Of a stretch of DNA of 64,000 nucleotides, positions 9,109 to 18,150 are shown piece after piece. A program made the position numbers and the translations under genes. The notes beneath the pieces are model-generated. The model searched no databases, was not told the origin of the DNA, and saw nothing but the letters and a program-made list of their open reading frames with translations. Numbering within the stretch: position 1 is the stretch's first letter; the number at the start of each line of letters is the position of its first letter. The stretch comes from an uncultured Clostridia bacterium (GTDB lineage Bacteria; Bacillota; Clostridia; Oscillospirales; SIG627): assembly GCA_947589595.1 (NCBI GenBank), contig CANQBV010000005.1, positions 22,602 through 86,601 on the forward strand, written 5' to 3'.

Positions 9109-12100
9109 ATGATAAAGGCATCCTTTTTTCACAAAAAAGTATATTCCTTTGGCATCTACCACGCAGGGTATTCTCTTTTTGATTCCATTCTCCTGCAAAA
9201 TCTGGAAGATGCTCCTTTGTCATACCTGAAAATATCTGTAAAAACGATTCCGAATGTAATTTTGCACGCCGAATGTGAGATTCCCTTTTTAGCTCCGGAG
9301 GGGTTCTCGGTGATTTCAGGAGATTTTATTCAGCCGGCTCCGGAAAAACTTGTCTCTTTGCGCGAAATAACAATGGTTCGGGTTTTACTTTCTGTTTCGG
9401 ATCAAGAGGGGCAAACTCTATATTCTTCCGAAAGCAGCCTGACGCTTTTGCCATACGATCATTTTGCCGGCTACCTGACCTACGCAGAATCTCTTGCATT
9501 CTTTGTAACGCCGAATCAGCCAGAGGTGCAGGAAATTTCCGCAACGCTGAAAGGACTGAACACAAATAACGCTGTGCACACCCTTTACAACGGAATCAAA
9601 GAAAAAAAGCTTACCTATGCGGCTGAGAACTATTTTGATTCCGCACCCTGCAGGCTGCGCCTGCCGGAGCTTATTTTGCAGCGCCGCGGCGGAAATGCGC
9701 TGGAGCTTTGCGTGCTTTTTTCCTCTGTCATGGAAGCGCTGGGCAAAAGCTGCGTTCTGATCAGCACCCCTAAGGGAAAGAGCTTTGTCGGGATAGAAAC
9801 CGAATCCCACCAAAATCCTATGGTAACGGTGATGACGAAGCAAAGAAAAAATCTTGATGGCTATTTGTTTTTAGACGGCAGCTATTTGGCATACGGAAGC
9901 GAGCTTTCTTATGATAACGCGATCTATCGCTCCAAGCATTTTCTGGAAATGACTGACGAAAAGCTTATCATGGTCGATCTTGCCGCTGCACGCAAAATGC
10001 ACCTAATTCCTCTGCCAAACCGTGTTTGGGAAGAAAGCGGAAGCGTTCTTTCCGCGGCAAGAGAAGGGGAGTCGAGCGGTAATTTTTCCGAGTATCTTGC
10101 CCTGATGCAGCGCTATTCCTCAGATTCCAGAATTACTTCGGTACTGACAGGGAAAAAGCTATATATCACCACCGCCAAAAATGCGCCCCTTTTTGATGCG
10201 GATTTAGACGTCAATCAGAATAAGCTGCTGAATAAAATTTTAAATTCCGATTTTACCCTGATCCGCGCACAGCACGGTACCGGTGCGACAACTTTGTTTT
10301 CCCACGCTGCGTTTTATGCGCTGAAATCCAAAAAGAACGTTCTTTACATTCCTGACGAAGGCTATAACTCTGCTGATTTTGCCAATACCTGCGCCTCTTT
10401 CTTTGATCCGGCGTTTGTGCTGGATCTGACGAGCCGTTCTTATTCCTCTGTTCGTAATGTAAAAGAAGAAGAGTTTAACGGCATTTTTGAGGAACACCAG
10501 AATATTTTTGATGAAAAAGACGCCATCCGCACCTCTTTTGAAGAAATGGATCGCTACTACGCTGCTCTGGAAGGAAGCAAAGGGATTACCTCTTCCTTTT
10601 TGGCAGCTTCCGATCGTTATCATCAGTTCCGGGACGCCAGTGCCTCGCTCGTGTTTTCACCCGAGCAGATCGGACTTTTGAATGAGAAGATGGCGCAACA
10701 GTGGTTTGCAACGCTTTCCGAAGCGCTGAAATGCGCAGAAGAAGCGGGCGGCGTTTTTGAAAATCCGCTGGAATTTATCCGTCAAAAAGATTTTTCTTAC
10801 GAATTGAAATCCAAATTGATCTCGCAGCTGGAAAACCTCCTGCACAGCGTGGAACTGATTATCGATCTCCGTGACCGTGTTTTGTCGCGGCTCGCTTCTC
10901 CGATCAAGCTGAATTCGGTTGCAAGGCTGCAAGCATTTTGTGACTTGACAAAGATTTTCCTGGAATTTGAGAGCATACCGACCGCCTTTTTTGAGAATCA
11001 GCCGGAAATTGAAGAAAATTTTCAAAAATTGACCAAGTTGATCCAGGCAAAAATCGAAAACGAGCAAATCGAAGAAATCATTTCCATCAGCTTTGAACCC
11101 ACGATTTTCGAACTTCCCGCCGAGGAAAACCACTCCCGCTGGAAAGAGCTTTCCGGCGATAAATCGCTGAAAGGAATGTCTCAGAGATATTCGCTTCAAA
11201 AAAATATCAAACGCTATTTACGGCCGAACTGCGATGTGAAAAATATCGAATACGTTCTTTCCCGTTTAGCGGCATATCAACGCAATTTAGTGCTGATAGA
11301 AGAAACGACCCCCCTCGCCCTTCACTTGACCGACGTGGACGTAAGCGTCGGGGAAGAGGAGAGGGAGCATTTAAAAGAAATCGCCGATCTGTGCTATCAG
11401 GGTTACGTCATCTTTGCCGCGAATTTCCCCAATGAAAATATCGGCATACTCATAAGCGACATTGCCTCTTACCTCAAGGATGAAGATTTTGTTTCTTCCT
11501 GCCGTGAATTGCGAAATCGGTATGAAGATTTTATTTCGAATAAGCAGTCCTTTGAATGGACGGCTCTGAACGATCTGGATCGGTATTCTTCTCGTTTCAT
11601 GACCGAAAGCGACGACTATTTTTCCTGCCTTTATGCGGAATTAACCAAAATATTCGCCGCGATGAATCGCTTAAATTCTTGGTGCGCCTGGCTTTTCCAG
11701 CGAGACGCGTGCCTCCATATCGGTCTGAAAAACGTAGTGCTGGCGTTGGAAACCGGCAGTATTTTACCGCAAGATATGAAAAAAGCCTTTTTGCGGGCGT
11801 TTTTCAAAGGCATTTGCGAATATAATTTCATTTCTCATCCGGAATTGGTGCCGGGTAAATTTGACTTTGAAGAGAAAAAAGAGATAATTCGTCAGGCAAA
11901 AGGAAGGCTTTTGGCGTTTCAAAAAGCGGAACTGGATTCCATGCTTTCCATTGAAAAGCTGAACGCACGCAATGAATTGCCCCAAAACCGAGATCTGCAG
12001 GATCTGATAGAAAATGATCCGCAAAGTTTCTGTGCGATTTACCCTTGTGTGATTGCCGATATGAAAACCGCCAAGGAATTGTTTGCGGAAAAAATCGGGC

Positions 12101-13293
12101 TTTTTGACCTGATCCTTGTCGAAAAAAGACAAAAAATCGATTTGGCCGATTTTGTTTGGTGCTTTGCGGCTTCCAAGCATCTGGCCTTTGCCGGTCATTT
12201 TTCGCAAGGGTATCAAAGCAGTGCGCGCGAAATTGATCTTTCCGGATCTGCGTTTGATTATCTGTGGCAGATCGCCGAGAAAAAGTACAGTCTTTCCGCG
12301 GTTTACGAAAACTCGCCTGCCATTACCGCAGTCAAAAGCGCACTCTGTAGAGCCGACCGTTCCGACTCCCGTTGCTATACCGTGCCCGACTCCGCGAAAT
12401 CCAAAGCGCTGCAGCTTATTTCCGTGCGTGGATTTTTTGATCAGGAAGTACCCTTGGCCAATATGCCGGAAGCAGAGGCGATCGTTGATGCCCTGATCCA
12501 AAATGCAGATATCCTGTCGGAAAAATCTGTCTCTGTAATTGCGGCGACCAAAGAGCAGAAGGAAGCGATCGTTCGGCTATTGGCGCAGAAGCTGTATCAG
12601 CAGAATTCTTTGGCGGAAAAAATGCTCGGCAGCGAAAAACACCTTTTCCTGTCTTCTTTGGAAGAAGAGATTCATTCTGCCGACATCGTCTATTTTTCCA
12701 CGGTATTTGCGGTAGACCGCAGTACCTACGGCTCGCGCTTGCCGCACCTGTTTTCCCAGTCTTTCGGTACTTTGCCGAAGGCCCAGCTTTCCGCGGTGGT
12801 ATCGGCGGCTCGTGAAAAAATCCATATTGTAACCAGCTTTTCTTCTGAGGACCTTAGTTATTCTCCGTCGATTATCAACGCCGACTCCTCGTTTGCGCTT
12901 TTCTATCAGCTTGCGCTGGCGCCGGCGTCCAATTCCAGCTATATAGCCGGTACTTCTCCGGTGGGGAGCAGCTTTGTAAAGCGTCTGGAGTCGGAATTAG
13001 TGCAGCAGGGCTATTGCGTTGAGTCCGGCGTACAGAGCGGCCGGTATTATATTGACCTTGCAGTGAAAGACAAAAGTGGCAATTTTGTACTCGGTATTAT
13101 TTCCGACCAATCGGTAATGAACCAAAAAGCGCACATTTCCGCGATCGAAATGCAAAATGAAGCTGCCTTTTCCAAGTGTGGCTGGCAAATCTATCGGTTG
13201 CGCAGCACCGATTGCTTTGACCGCTTTGAGCGAGAACTGGATCATATCCTTGCCATTTTAAACCCGCCTGCCGAAGAAATCGATTGGATCTAG
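9109..13293 (+). CDS. Degenerate DUF4011/DUF3320-family SF1 helicase-like protein (transglutaminase-like N-terminus, helicase remnants, Vsr/REase-like C-terminus)
   Basis: LAFFVTPNQPEV, RLRLP..IL, VDLAAAR..LIPLP.R, KNVLYI, YPC..FDLILV, IDLAV..LGIISD..GWQIYRL follow the family layout; catalytic residues are substituted. Confidence 0.7.
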   Translation: MIKASFFHKKVYSFGIYHAGYSLFDSILLQNLEDAPLSYLKISVKTIPNVILHAECEIPFLAPEGFSVISGDFIQPAPEKLVSLREITMVRVLLSVSDQEGQTLYSSESSLTLLPYDHFAGYLTYAESLAFFVTPNQPEVQEISATLKGLNTNNAVHTLYNGIKEKKLTYAAENYFDSAPCRLRLPELILQRRGGNALELCVLFSSVMEALGKSCVLISTPKGKSFVGIETESHQNPMVTVMTKQRKNLDGYLFLDGSYLAYGSELSYDNAIYRSKHFLEMTDEKLIMVDLAAARKMHLIPLPNRVWEESGSVLSAAREGESSGNFSEYLALMQRYSSDSRITSVLTGKKLYITTAKNAPLFDADLDVNQNKLLNKILNSDFTLIRAQHGTGATTLFSHAAFYALKSKKNVLYIPDEGYNSADFANTCASFFDPAFVLDLTSRSYSSVRNVKEEEFNGIFEEHQNIFDEKDAIRTSFEEMDRYYAALEGSKGITSSFLAASDRYHQFRDASASLVFSPEQIGLLNEKMAQQWFATLSEALKCAEEAGGVFENPLEFIRQKDFSYELKSKLISQLENLLHSVELIIDLRDRVLSRLASPIKLNSVARLQAFCDLTKIFLEFESIPTAFFENQPEIEENFQKLTKLIQAKIENEQIEEIISISFEPTIFELPAEENHSRWKELSGDKSLKGMSQRYSLQKNIKRYLRPNCDVKNIEYVLSRLAAYQRNLVLIEETTPLALHLTDVDVSVGEEEREHLKEIADLCYQGYVIFAANFPNENIGILISDIASYLKDEDFVSSCRELRNRYEDFISNKQSFEWTALNDLDRYSSRFMTESDDYFSCLYAELTKIFAAMNRLNSWCAWLFQRDACLHIGLKNVVLALETGSILPQDMKKAFLRAFFKGICEYNFISHPELVPGKFDFEEKKEIIRQAKGRLLAFQKAELDSMLSIEKLNARNELPQNRDLQDLIENDPQSFCAIYPCVIADMKTAKELFAEKIGLFDLILVEKRQKIDLADFVWCFAASKHLAFAGHFSQGYQSSAREIDLSGSAFDYLWQIAEKKYSLSAVYENSPAITAVKSALCRADRSDSRCYTVPDSAKSKALQLISVRGFFDQEVPLANMPEAEAIVDALIQNADILSEKSVSVIAATKEQKEAIVRLLAQKLYQQNSLAEKMLGSEKHLFLSSLEEEIHSADIVYFSTVFAVDRSTYGSRLPHLFSQSFGTLPKAQLSAVVSAAREKIHIVTSFSSEDLSYSPSIINADSSFALFYQLALAPASNSSYIAGTSPVGSSFVKRLESELVQQGYCVESGVQSGRYYIDLAVKDKSGNFVLGIISDQSVMNQKAHISAIEMQNEAAFSKCGWQIYRLRSTDCFDRFERELDHILAILNPPAEEIDWI

Positions 13294-13321
13294 CATAAAT
13301 TTTCATCCGCACCCATACAAT
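13293..13321 (+). promoter_or_regulatory. sigma-E-type promoter
   Basis: GCATA(aa)-N16-CATACAAT. Confidence 0.65.
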
Positions 13322-13343
13322 GCTAGCGAAAGGAGTGGATGAA

Positions 13344-13769
13344 ATGGATACGCAAAAAAAGGAAAAAAATCCGATTCAGATCCCGTTTTTATGCCTGTCT
13401 CTGGCGATTTTTATTGCCGTCTTTTTTGTGCTTCAATTGATTTTTACTTTTATACTTTCCAAAATCAATCATTATGAAAACTTTTATTCTGTTTTTTATT
13501 ACGCCAGCTATCTTTTAGCGGGGCTTCTTCTGGCCGTCTTAGCAAAACACACCAAGGAAGCGGCGTTTCTGCATGTGATCTTGCTTTCGCTTTTGAGTGT
13601 TCTGGTTTTGTTTGGCATTGGTATTTTACTCGGCGGAAATCAGTTCGATTTTAAATCTTTCGCCATCGGCGCGGTGATTTTGGTTGGTTCTGCCTGCCTG
13701 TTCCTGTTTTTGCTGGGACTCTTGAAGCAAAAGAAAAAGAAAGGAAATTCCAAATTTAAATTTCGATAA
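13344..13769 (+). CDS. Four-TM membrane protein, possibly TIGR04086/YrzE-like
   Basis: Four hydrophobic segments and a basic tail; RBS AGGAG at 13331; sigma-E-type promoter. Confidence 0.6.
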   Translation: MDTQKKEKNPIQIPFLCLSLAIFIAVFFVLQLIFTFILSKINHYENFYSVFYYASYLLAGLLLAVLAKHTKEAAFLHVILLSLLSVLVLFGIGILLGGNQFDFKSFAIGAVILVGSACLFLFLLGLLKQKKKKGNSKFKFR

Positions 13770-13780
13770 GGAAAAGAAGG

Positions 13781-14410
13781 ATGTTAAAAAAGAAAAGTCG
13801 TTCCCGAAAGATCCTTTTCATTGTGTCCGCAGTTCTTTTTGTGGTTTTCATTGCGGCTGTCGTTGTCGGCGGCGTTTGGTACTGGAAATACAGAAACGCC
13901 CAAAAGAACCCCTCAACTACGGAAAAGCCGATCGTCTATTACCCCGCGGATTATGAAAAAGATATTTTGCAGGATCAGGTGTATCTTGCCTATGACCGCG
14001 ATCTATATTATACCAACGGATCGGTTACCATGGCCTACAATGAGAACGACCGGGATATCGCTTCGGAGGAATGTCTGTTCTTTTTGGATTATTTTCATTC
14101 GGTGATTACCGGGGATTATGAATCCTATCCGTCCTATTTTGTCGCAGATTATTTTGAAATATCGCCCAAATTTACCATGCAAATGATATATGATCTGCAA
14201 GTCACCGTACATTCAATCTCCACTGTGACCCTGAACGGGACTGAAACCACGGCGTATAATTTTGTGGTTCGGTATAAAATTCATCGCAACAACGGCACTT
14301 TCCGAACCGGAATTTATTCCGATACTGCGGTACCGCAGGTTTACCAACTGGTGCGCGACGCCGAAGGGAAATATCGGATCTACGATATTCTGAAAGTCGG
14401 ATACGAATGA
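13781..14410 (+). CDS. Membrane-anchored hypothetical protein
   Basis: Basic N-terminus and one TM followed by a Tyr-rich extracellular domain. Confidence 0.7.
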   Translation: MLKKKSRSRKILFIVSAVLFVVFIAAVVVGGVWYWKYRNAQKNPSTTEKPIVYYPADYEKDILQDQVYLAYDRDLYYTNGSVTMAYNENDRDIASEECLFFLDYFHSVITGDYESYPSYFVADYFEISPKFTMQMIYDLQVTVHSISTVTLNGTETTAYNFVVRYKIHRNNGTFRTGIYSDTAVPQVYQLVRDAEGKYRIYDILKVGYE

Positions 14411-15150
14411 AGCTGAACCGAAAATCAATTGAGCTTTTTTGCCGCGAAGAAAAAATTACCGGTCTGATTTTGGAAGAAACAGAATCCACCAATCTCGTTT
14501 TGAAAAATAAAATCAAAACACACAAGCCCGTACCGGATTTTGTCGCGACTACGTTTCAGACAGCCGGCCGTGGGCGGCATGGAAAAAGCTTTTTTTCACC
14601 AAAGGACTGTGGATTGTATGTGACATTTTGCTTTCCCAGGGGGAATTTTCCTTTCCCAGAGGCTGTCACTCCCTTGGCCGCTTTGGCGTGCCGGGATGCG
14701 ATTTTGGAAACGTTTTCCGTCTCCTGCGGGATTAAATGGGTGAACGACCTGTATCTGAAAGGAAAAAAAGTCTGTGGAATTTTGTGTGAGGCAGTTGAAG
14801 ACCAAATTTTGATCGGGATCGGAGTCAATATTCTCTCTTCGCCGCAGATTCCCGCCGAGATCCAAAAAATATACGGTGCGCTGGATCCCTTGGATTGCAA
14901 GGATTATTCAAAACTCCTGAAAAACATGGATCTGGCAATCAAAAAAAGATCTCTTCAAAAAAAAGAGATCCTAATACAAGATTACACAAGGTTTTGTTTT
15001 CATATCGGAAAAAGAGTTTCCTTTTTCCATCAAGGAAAAGAAACGACCGGAATTTGCCAGGGCATTGATGACAGTTTTCATCTGATCGTTCTCTCGCAAG
15101 AGAAAGAATTCTGCCTTTCCTCCGGTGAAATTTCGATTCAAATCCATTAA
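14407..15150 (+). CDS. birA: Biotin-protein ligase without HTH domain
   Basis: ESTN, QTAGRGR, IKWVNDL..KKVCGIL, IGIGVN, SGEI. Confidence 0.92.
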   Translation: MKLNRKSIELFCREEKITGLILEETESTNLVLKNKIKTHKPVPDFVATTFQTAGRGRHGKSFFSPKDCGLYVTFCFPRGNFPFPEAVTPLAALACRDAILETFSVSCGIKWVNDLYLKGKKVCGILCEAVEDQILIGIGVNILSSPQIPAEIQKIYGALDPLDCKDYSKLLKNMDLAIKKRSLQKKEILIQDYTRFCFHIGKRVSFFHQGKETTGICQGIDDSFHLIVLSQEKEFCLSSGEISIQIH

Positions 15151-15177
15151 AAAAGCGGGCATAAGCCCGCTTTTTTT
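15149..15177. terminator. Bidirectional terminator
   Basis: AAAAAAGCGGGC-ataa-GCCCGCTTTTTT. Confidence 0.85.
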
Positions 15178-15283
15178 ATCCGAAGAAATAGGGGATTGCC
15201 TGCGCAAAAATCGTAATCACGAAAAGGAGCGCCAAAATGATGGCCATTATGCGAATAACCCACTTTTTTGTGTTGCTTTTCAT
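15176..15283 (-). CDS. 35-aa single-TM small protein (missing from the ORF track)
   Basis: AAGGAG RBS; MKSNTKKWVIRIMAIILALLFVITIFAQAIPYFFG; stop at the terminator. Confidence 0.7.
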   Translation of the reverse strand: MKSNTKKWVIRIMAIILALLFVITIFAQAIPYFFG

Positions 15284-15304
15284 GTATTTTCTCCTTTCCC
15301 TGAC

Positions 15305-16738
15305 TTAATTCAGATGGATGTTGTCCAAATAGGTTTCAAAAAGACGACTGTAGCTTTTGTAAAGATCGTCAAATTTGGCGTCGGTAGAAAGCACGCGGTA
15401 TACCAGCGTGTAGGTCGCAGCGGAATAAGTCGTTTCAATTTCCCCGAAAAAATAGGCGGGGTCATAATAGGGCACCGAAATGGCCTCTTTTAGGGTGTAG
15501 CCGGAGTTTTCATCGGTCAGGTAAGAATTTAAATATAAAGTCAAAAAGGAATCGACCACGGTGTTGTAGGAGGAAGCAAAGAGGGCCGAGGTCACAACGC
15601 CGGACATCGAAAGATTCGGCACGCCCTTCGGAATACAGGCCAGCTGATATTTCGGCTGCATATAGGAATAATAGTTCTCCTGATTGATATCCAATTTCGG
15701 CATCGGCGCAATCCCCCACGAAAAGTCGTTTGTGGTGATGCTTTCAATATCCGAAAGCGGGGCAATACAAAAGAGGATCCTTCCTTTGGAAAAGGTTTCC
15801 GCCGTACCGGAGACATTGGAGAAATAAGTTGGCGAGTGATAAAGAATATTATCCGCCTGGTCTAAAAAGGAGCGGGTCGTTTCTTGATTATAAATCAATT
15901 TCGGGCGCTGTGAATAGGTATTATCTAAAAAGCGTAAACCGCTTGCCGCCCAAAAAACAGAGCTAAGCGTTTCCTGATTGTAGGGAGAGCCAAAGCCGTA
16001 AACCTTCCAGCCATCTACACGATCCAGCGCATAGACTTCTTCACAGTAGATCAAAAAGTTTTCAAAATCCCACTGCTTATCTTCGATCAACTGGTAAAGA
16101 TCGGGAAGCCCCGCTTTTTCCAGCAAATACTGATTAAAATATAGTACAAAAATATTCGAAGGATCAAAAGTAAAATCACCGCCCAACGCATAGGTATTGC
16201 TTCCAATGGTTGTGGCGTTGACAGCGTCGGCAAAAAAGTACGGCGCGGAAAGATCTAAAAATGGAACCGAATGAAGATTATAAAGCGCATCATCGCTCAC
16301 CAAAAGCTGCACTTTATCGACCTTCAACAAAGCCAAATCACAAAAATCCGTACCCGCCAAAGCTTCCGCACGCACACGGTCGTAAATCGTGGGCAGGCCG
16401 CTGTCTTCTGCAAGCTTGATTTTGATATTATATTTTTTTTCAACGATCTGATTTCTCAGATATATTTTTTGATTGATCAAATTAGAGCCACCGGAGGGCA
16501 TGATCAAAGAAACGTCATCGGTTGCAATACGAAAATCCGCTCCGCAGAAATCCTTCTCCGGAAGGCTGTCCAACTGCGTTTGCGCGTCTTCCGAAAGCGC
16601 CGAAAGATCGGGTTTCAAAGACTCCTGCGTTTCCGGTTCTCCGGTCGTAACTTCTCTCGGCGCCTGTTCACAGGAAACAAAAGCAAACAGAGAAAAGAAG
16701 ACGGCGACCGCTAAAAGTAAAGAAATCAATTTTTTCAT
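15305..16738 (-). CDS. Extracellular solute-binding lipoprotein (sugar-type)
   Basis: Signal with FVSC lipobox; LYFNQYLLEK, QWDFENF, WGIAPMPK; no adjacent permease. Confidence 0.8.
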   Translation of the reverse strand: MKKLISLLLAVAVFFSLFAFVSCEQAPREVTTGEPETQESLKPDLSALSEDAQTQLDSLPEKDFCGADFRIATDDVSLIMPSGGSNLINQKIYLRNQIVEKKYNIKIKLAEDSGLPTIYDRVRAEALAGTDFCDLALLKVDKVQLLVSDDALYNLHSVPFLDLSAPYFFADAVNATTIGSNTYALGGDFTFDPSNIFVLYFNQYLLEKAGLPDLYQLIEDKQWDFENFLIYCEEVYALDRVDGWKVYGFGSPYNQETLSSVFWAASGLRFLDNTYSQRPKLIYNQETTRSFLDQADNILYHSPTYFSNVSGTAETFSKGRILFCIAPLSDIESITTNDFSWGIAPMPKLDINQENYYSYMQPKYQLACIPKGVPNLSMSGVVTSALFASSYNTVVDSFLTLYLNSYLTDENSGYTLKEAISVPYYDPAYFFGEIETTYSAATYTLVYRVLSTDAKFDDLYKSYSRLFETYLDNIHLN

Positions 16739-16858
16739 TGCTCCACCACTTTCCGGGATTATTTTACCAAAATAGCAGGGGAAAGTCAAGAAGGCTTTCT
16801 TGCAAAATGGCAAAACATATGATAAGATAAATTGAAGTATAAAAAACGGGAGAATCCT

Positions 16859-17623
16859 ATGACACCGCTTGAGATCAAGGCAGTTAAATTCCGCAATGCA
16901 TTATCGCGCGCCTTTCCCTCTGACAAAGCCCATCACTTTACGTCGGCCATTATCACTGCCGCGGGAAGCGGAATCCGGATGGGCGGCGTTTCCAAGCAGC
17001 TTTTTCCGATCCTCGGAAAACCCTGCATTGTATATTCGCTTTTGGCTTTTCAGGAAAGCAGCAGTATCAATGAAATTATTATAACCGCAAAACCCGAAGA
17101 AATCGAGAGGATCCAAAGAATCTGCCGGGAACACCAAATCACAAAGCTTGCTGCCGTCGTTCCCGGCGGGAAAACGCGTCAGGAATCGGTGGCGAACGGG
17201 TTTCAATATCTTCACAAAAAGAGTGAAATCGTCGCCATTCATGACGGTGCCCGTCCTTTAATTACAAAAGAGGACATCGATCTTTTGGTGAAGAAAGCTG
17301 CACGGTGCGGCGCCAGCTGCGCAGCCAATAGAATGGTTGACACCGTAAAAAAGGCCGACGTCAAAGGCTATATTACTGAAACCGTTCCGAGAGAAGAGCT
17401 GTTTACTGTGCAGACACCACAGGTCTTTCAGGCCGATATTTACCGGGTTTCTCTGGCGCTGGCAGCGCGCGATCACCTGGTGGTTACCGACGATTGTTCG
17501 ATTCTGGAACACGCCGGATTTCCCATTTTCCTGTGCGAAACCGGAAAAGAAAATATCAAGCTCACGACACAGCAGGATCTGGAACTGATCACTGCTATTT
17601 TAAAGGAGAGAAGCCATGTTTGA
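16859..17623 (+). CDS. ispD: 2-C-methyl-D-erythritol 4-phosphate cytidylyltransferase
   Basis: AAGSGIRMG, GGKTRQESV, IHDGARP, QTPQVF, TDD, NIKLTT. Confidence 0.96.
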   Translation: MTPLEIKAVKFRNALSRAFPSDKAHHFTSAIITAAGSGIRMGGVSKQLFPILGKPCIVYSLLAFQESSSINEIIITAKPEEIERIQRICREHQITKLAAVVPGGKTRQESVANGFQYLHKKSEIVAIHDGARPLITKEDIDLLVKKAARCGASCAANRMVDTVKKADVKGYITETVPREELFTVQTPQVFQADIYRVSLALAARDHLVVTDDCSILEHAGFPIFLCETGKENIKLTTQQDLELITAILKERSHV

Positions 17624-18098
17624 TTTCAGAATCGGCCATGGGTATGACGTTCACCGCCTGACAACCGGTCGAAAACTGATGCTCGGCTGTGTGGAAATTC
17701 CGTACGAGCTGGGACTTTTGGGGCATTCCGACGCCGACGTTCTTTGTCACGCCATTGCCGACGCCATGCTCGGCGCCTGTGCGCTGGGAGACATCGGACG
17801 GCATTTTCCCGATCAGGATAAAAAATTCGAAGGAGTAAGCGGCGAATTCATTTTGAGGGCTACCATGAAAATCTGTGCCGAAAAAGGATTTTCCGTAGGA
17901 AATATCGATTCGGTTATTATTGCACAAAAACCAAAGCTGGCTCCGTTTCTTATAAAAATGCAGGAACAAATTGCCGCGTCGCTCGGCATTGAGCCAAACC
18001 TTGTCAATATCAAAGCCACTACCGAAGAAAAGCTGGGCTTTACCGGCGCCGGCGAGGGAATTGCAGCACACGCCGTTTGCCTGATGAAAAAATCGTAA
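17616..18098 (+). CDS. ispF: MEcPP synthase
   Basis: RIGHGYDVH, GHSDADV, DIGRHFPD, KATTEE. Confidence 0.97.
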   Translation: MFDFRIGHGYDVHRLTTGRKLMLGCVEIPYELGLLGHSDADVLCHAIADAMLGACALGDIGRHFPDQDKKFEGVSGEFILRATMKICAEKGFSVGNIDSVIIAQKPKLAPFLIKMQEQIAASLGIEPNLVNIKATTEEKLGFTGAGEGIAAHAVCLMKKS

Positions 18099-18101
18099 AG
18101 A

Positions 18102-18138
18102 AAAGCACTTTTGACAGTTATCCTGTCAAAAGTGCTTT
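18102..18138. terminator. Bidirectional terminator
   Basis: AAAGCACTTTTGACAG/CTGTCAAAAGTGCTTT. Confidence 0.85.
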
Positions 18139-18150
18139 CTTCTGAAAGGC

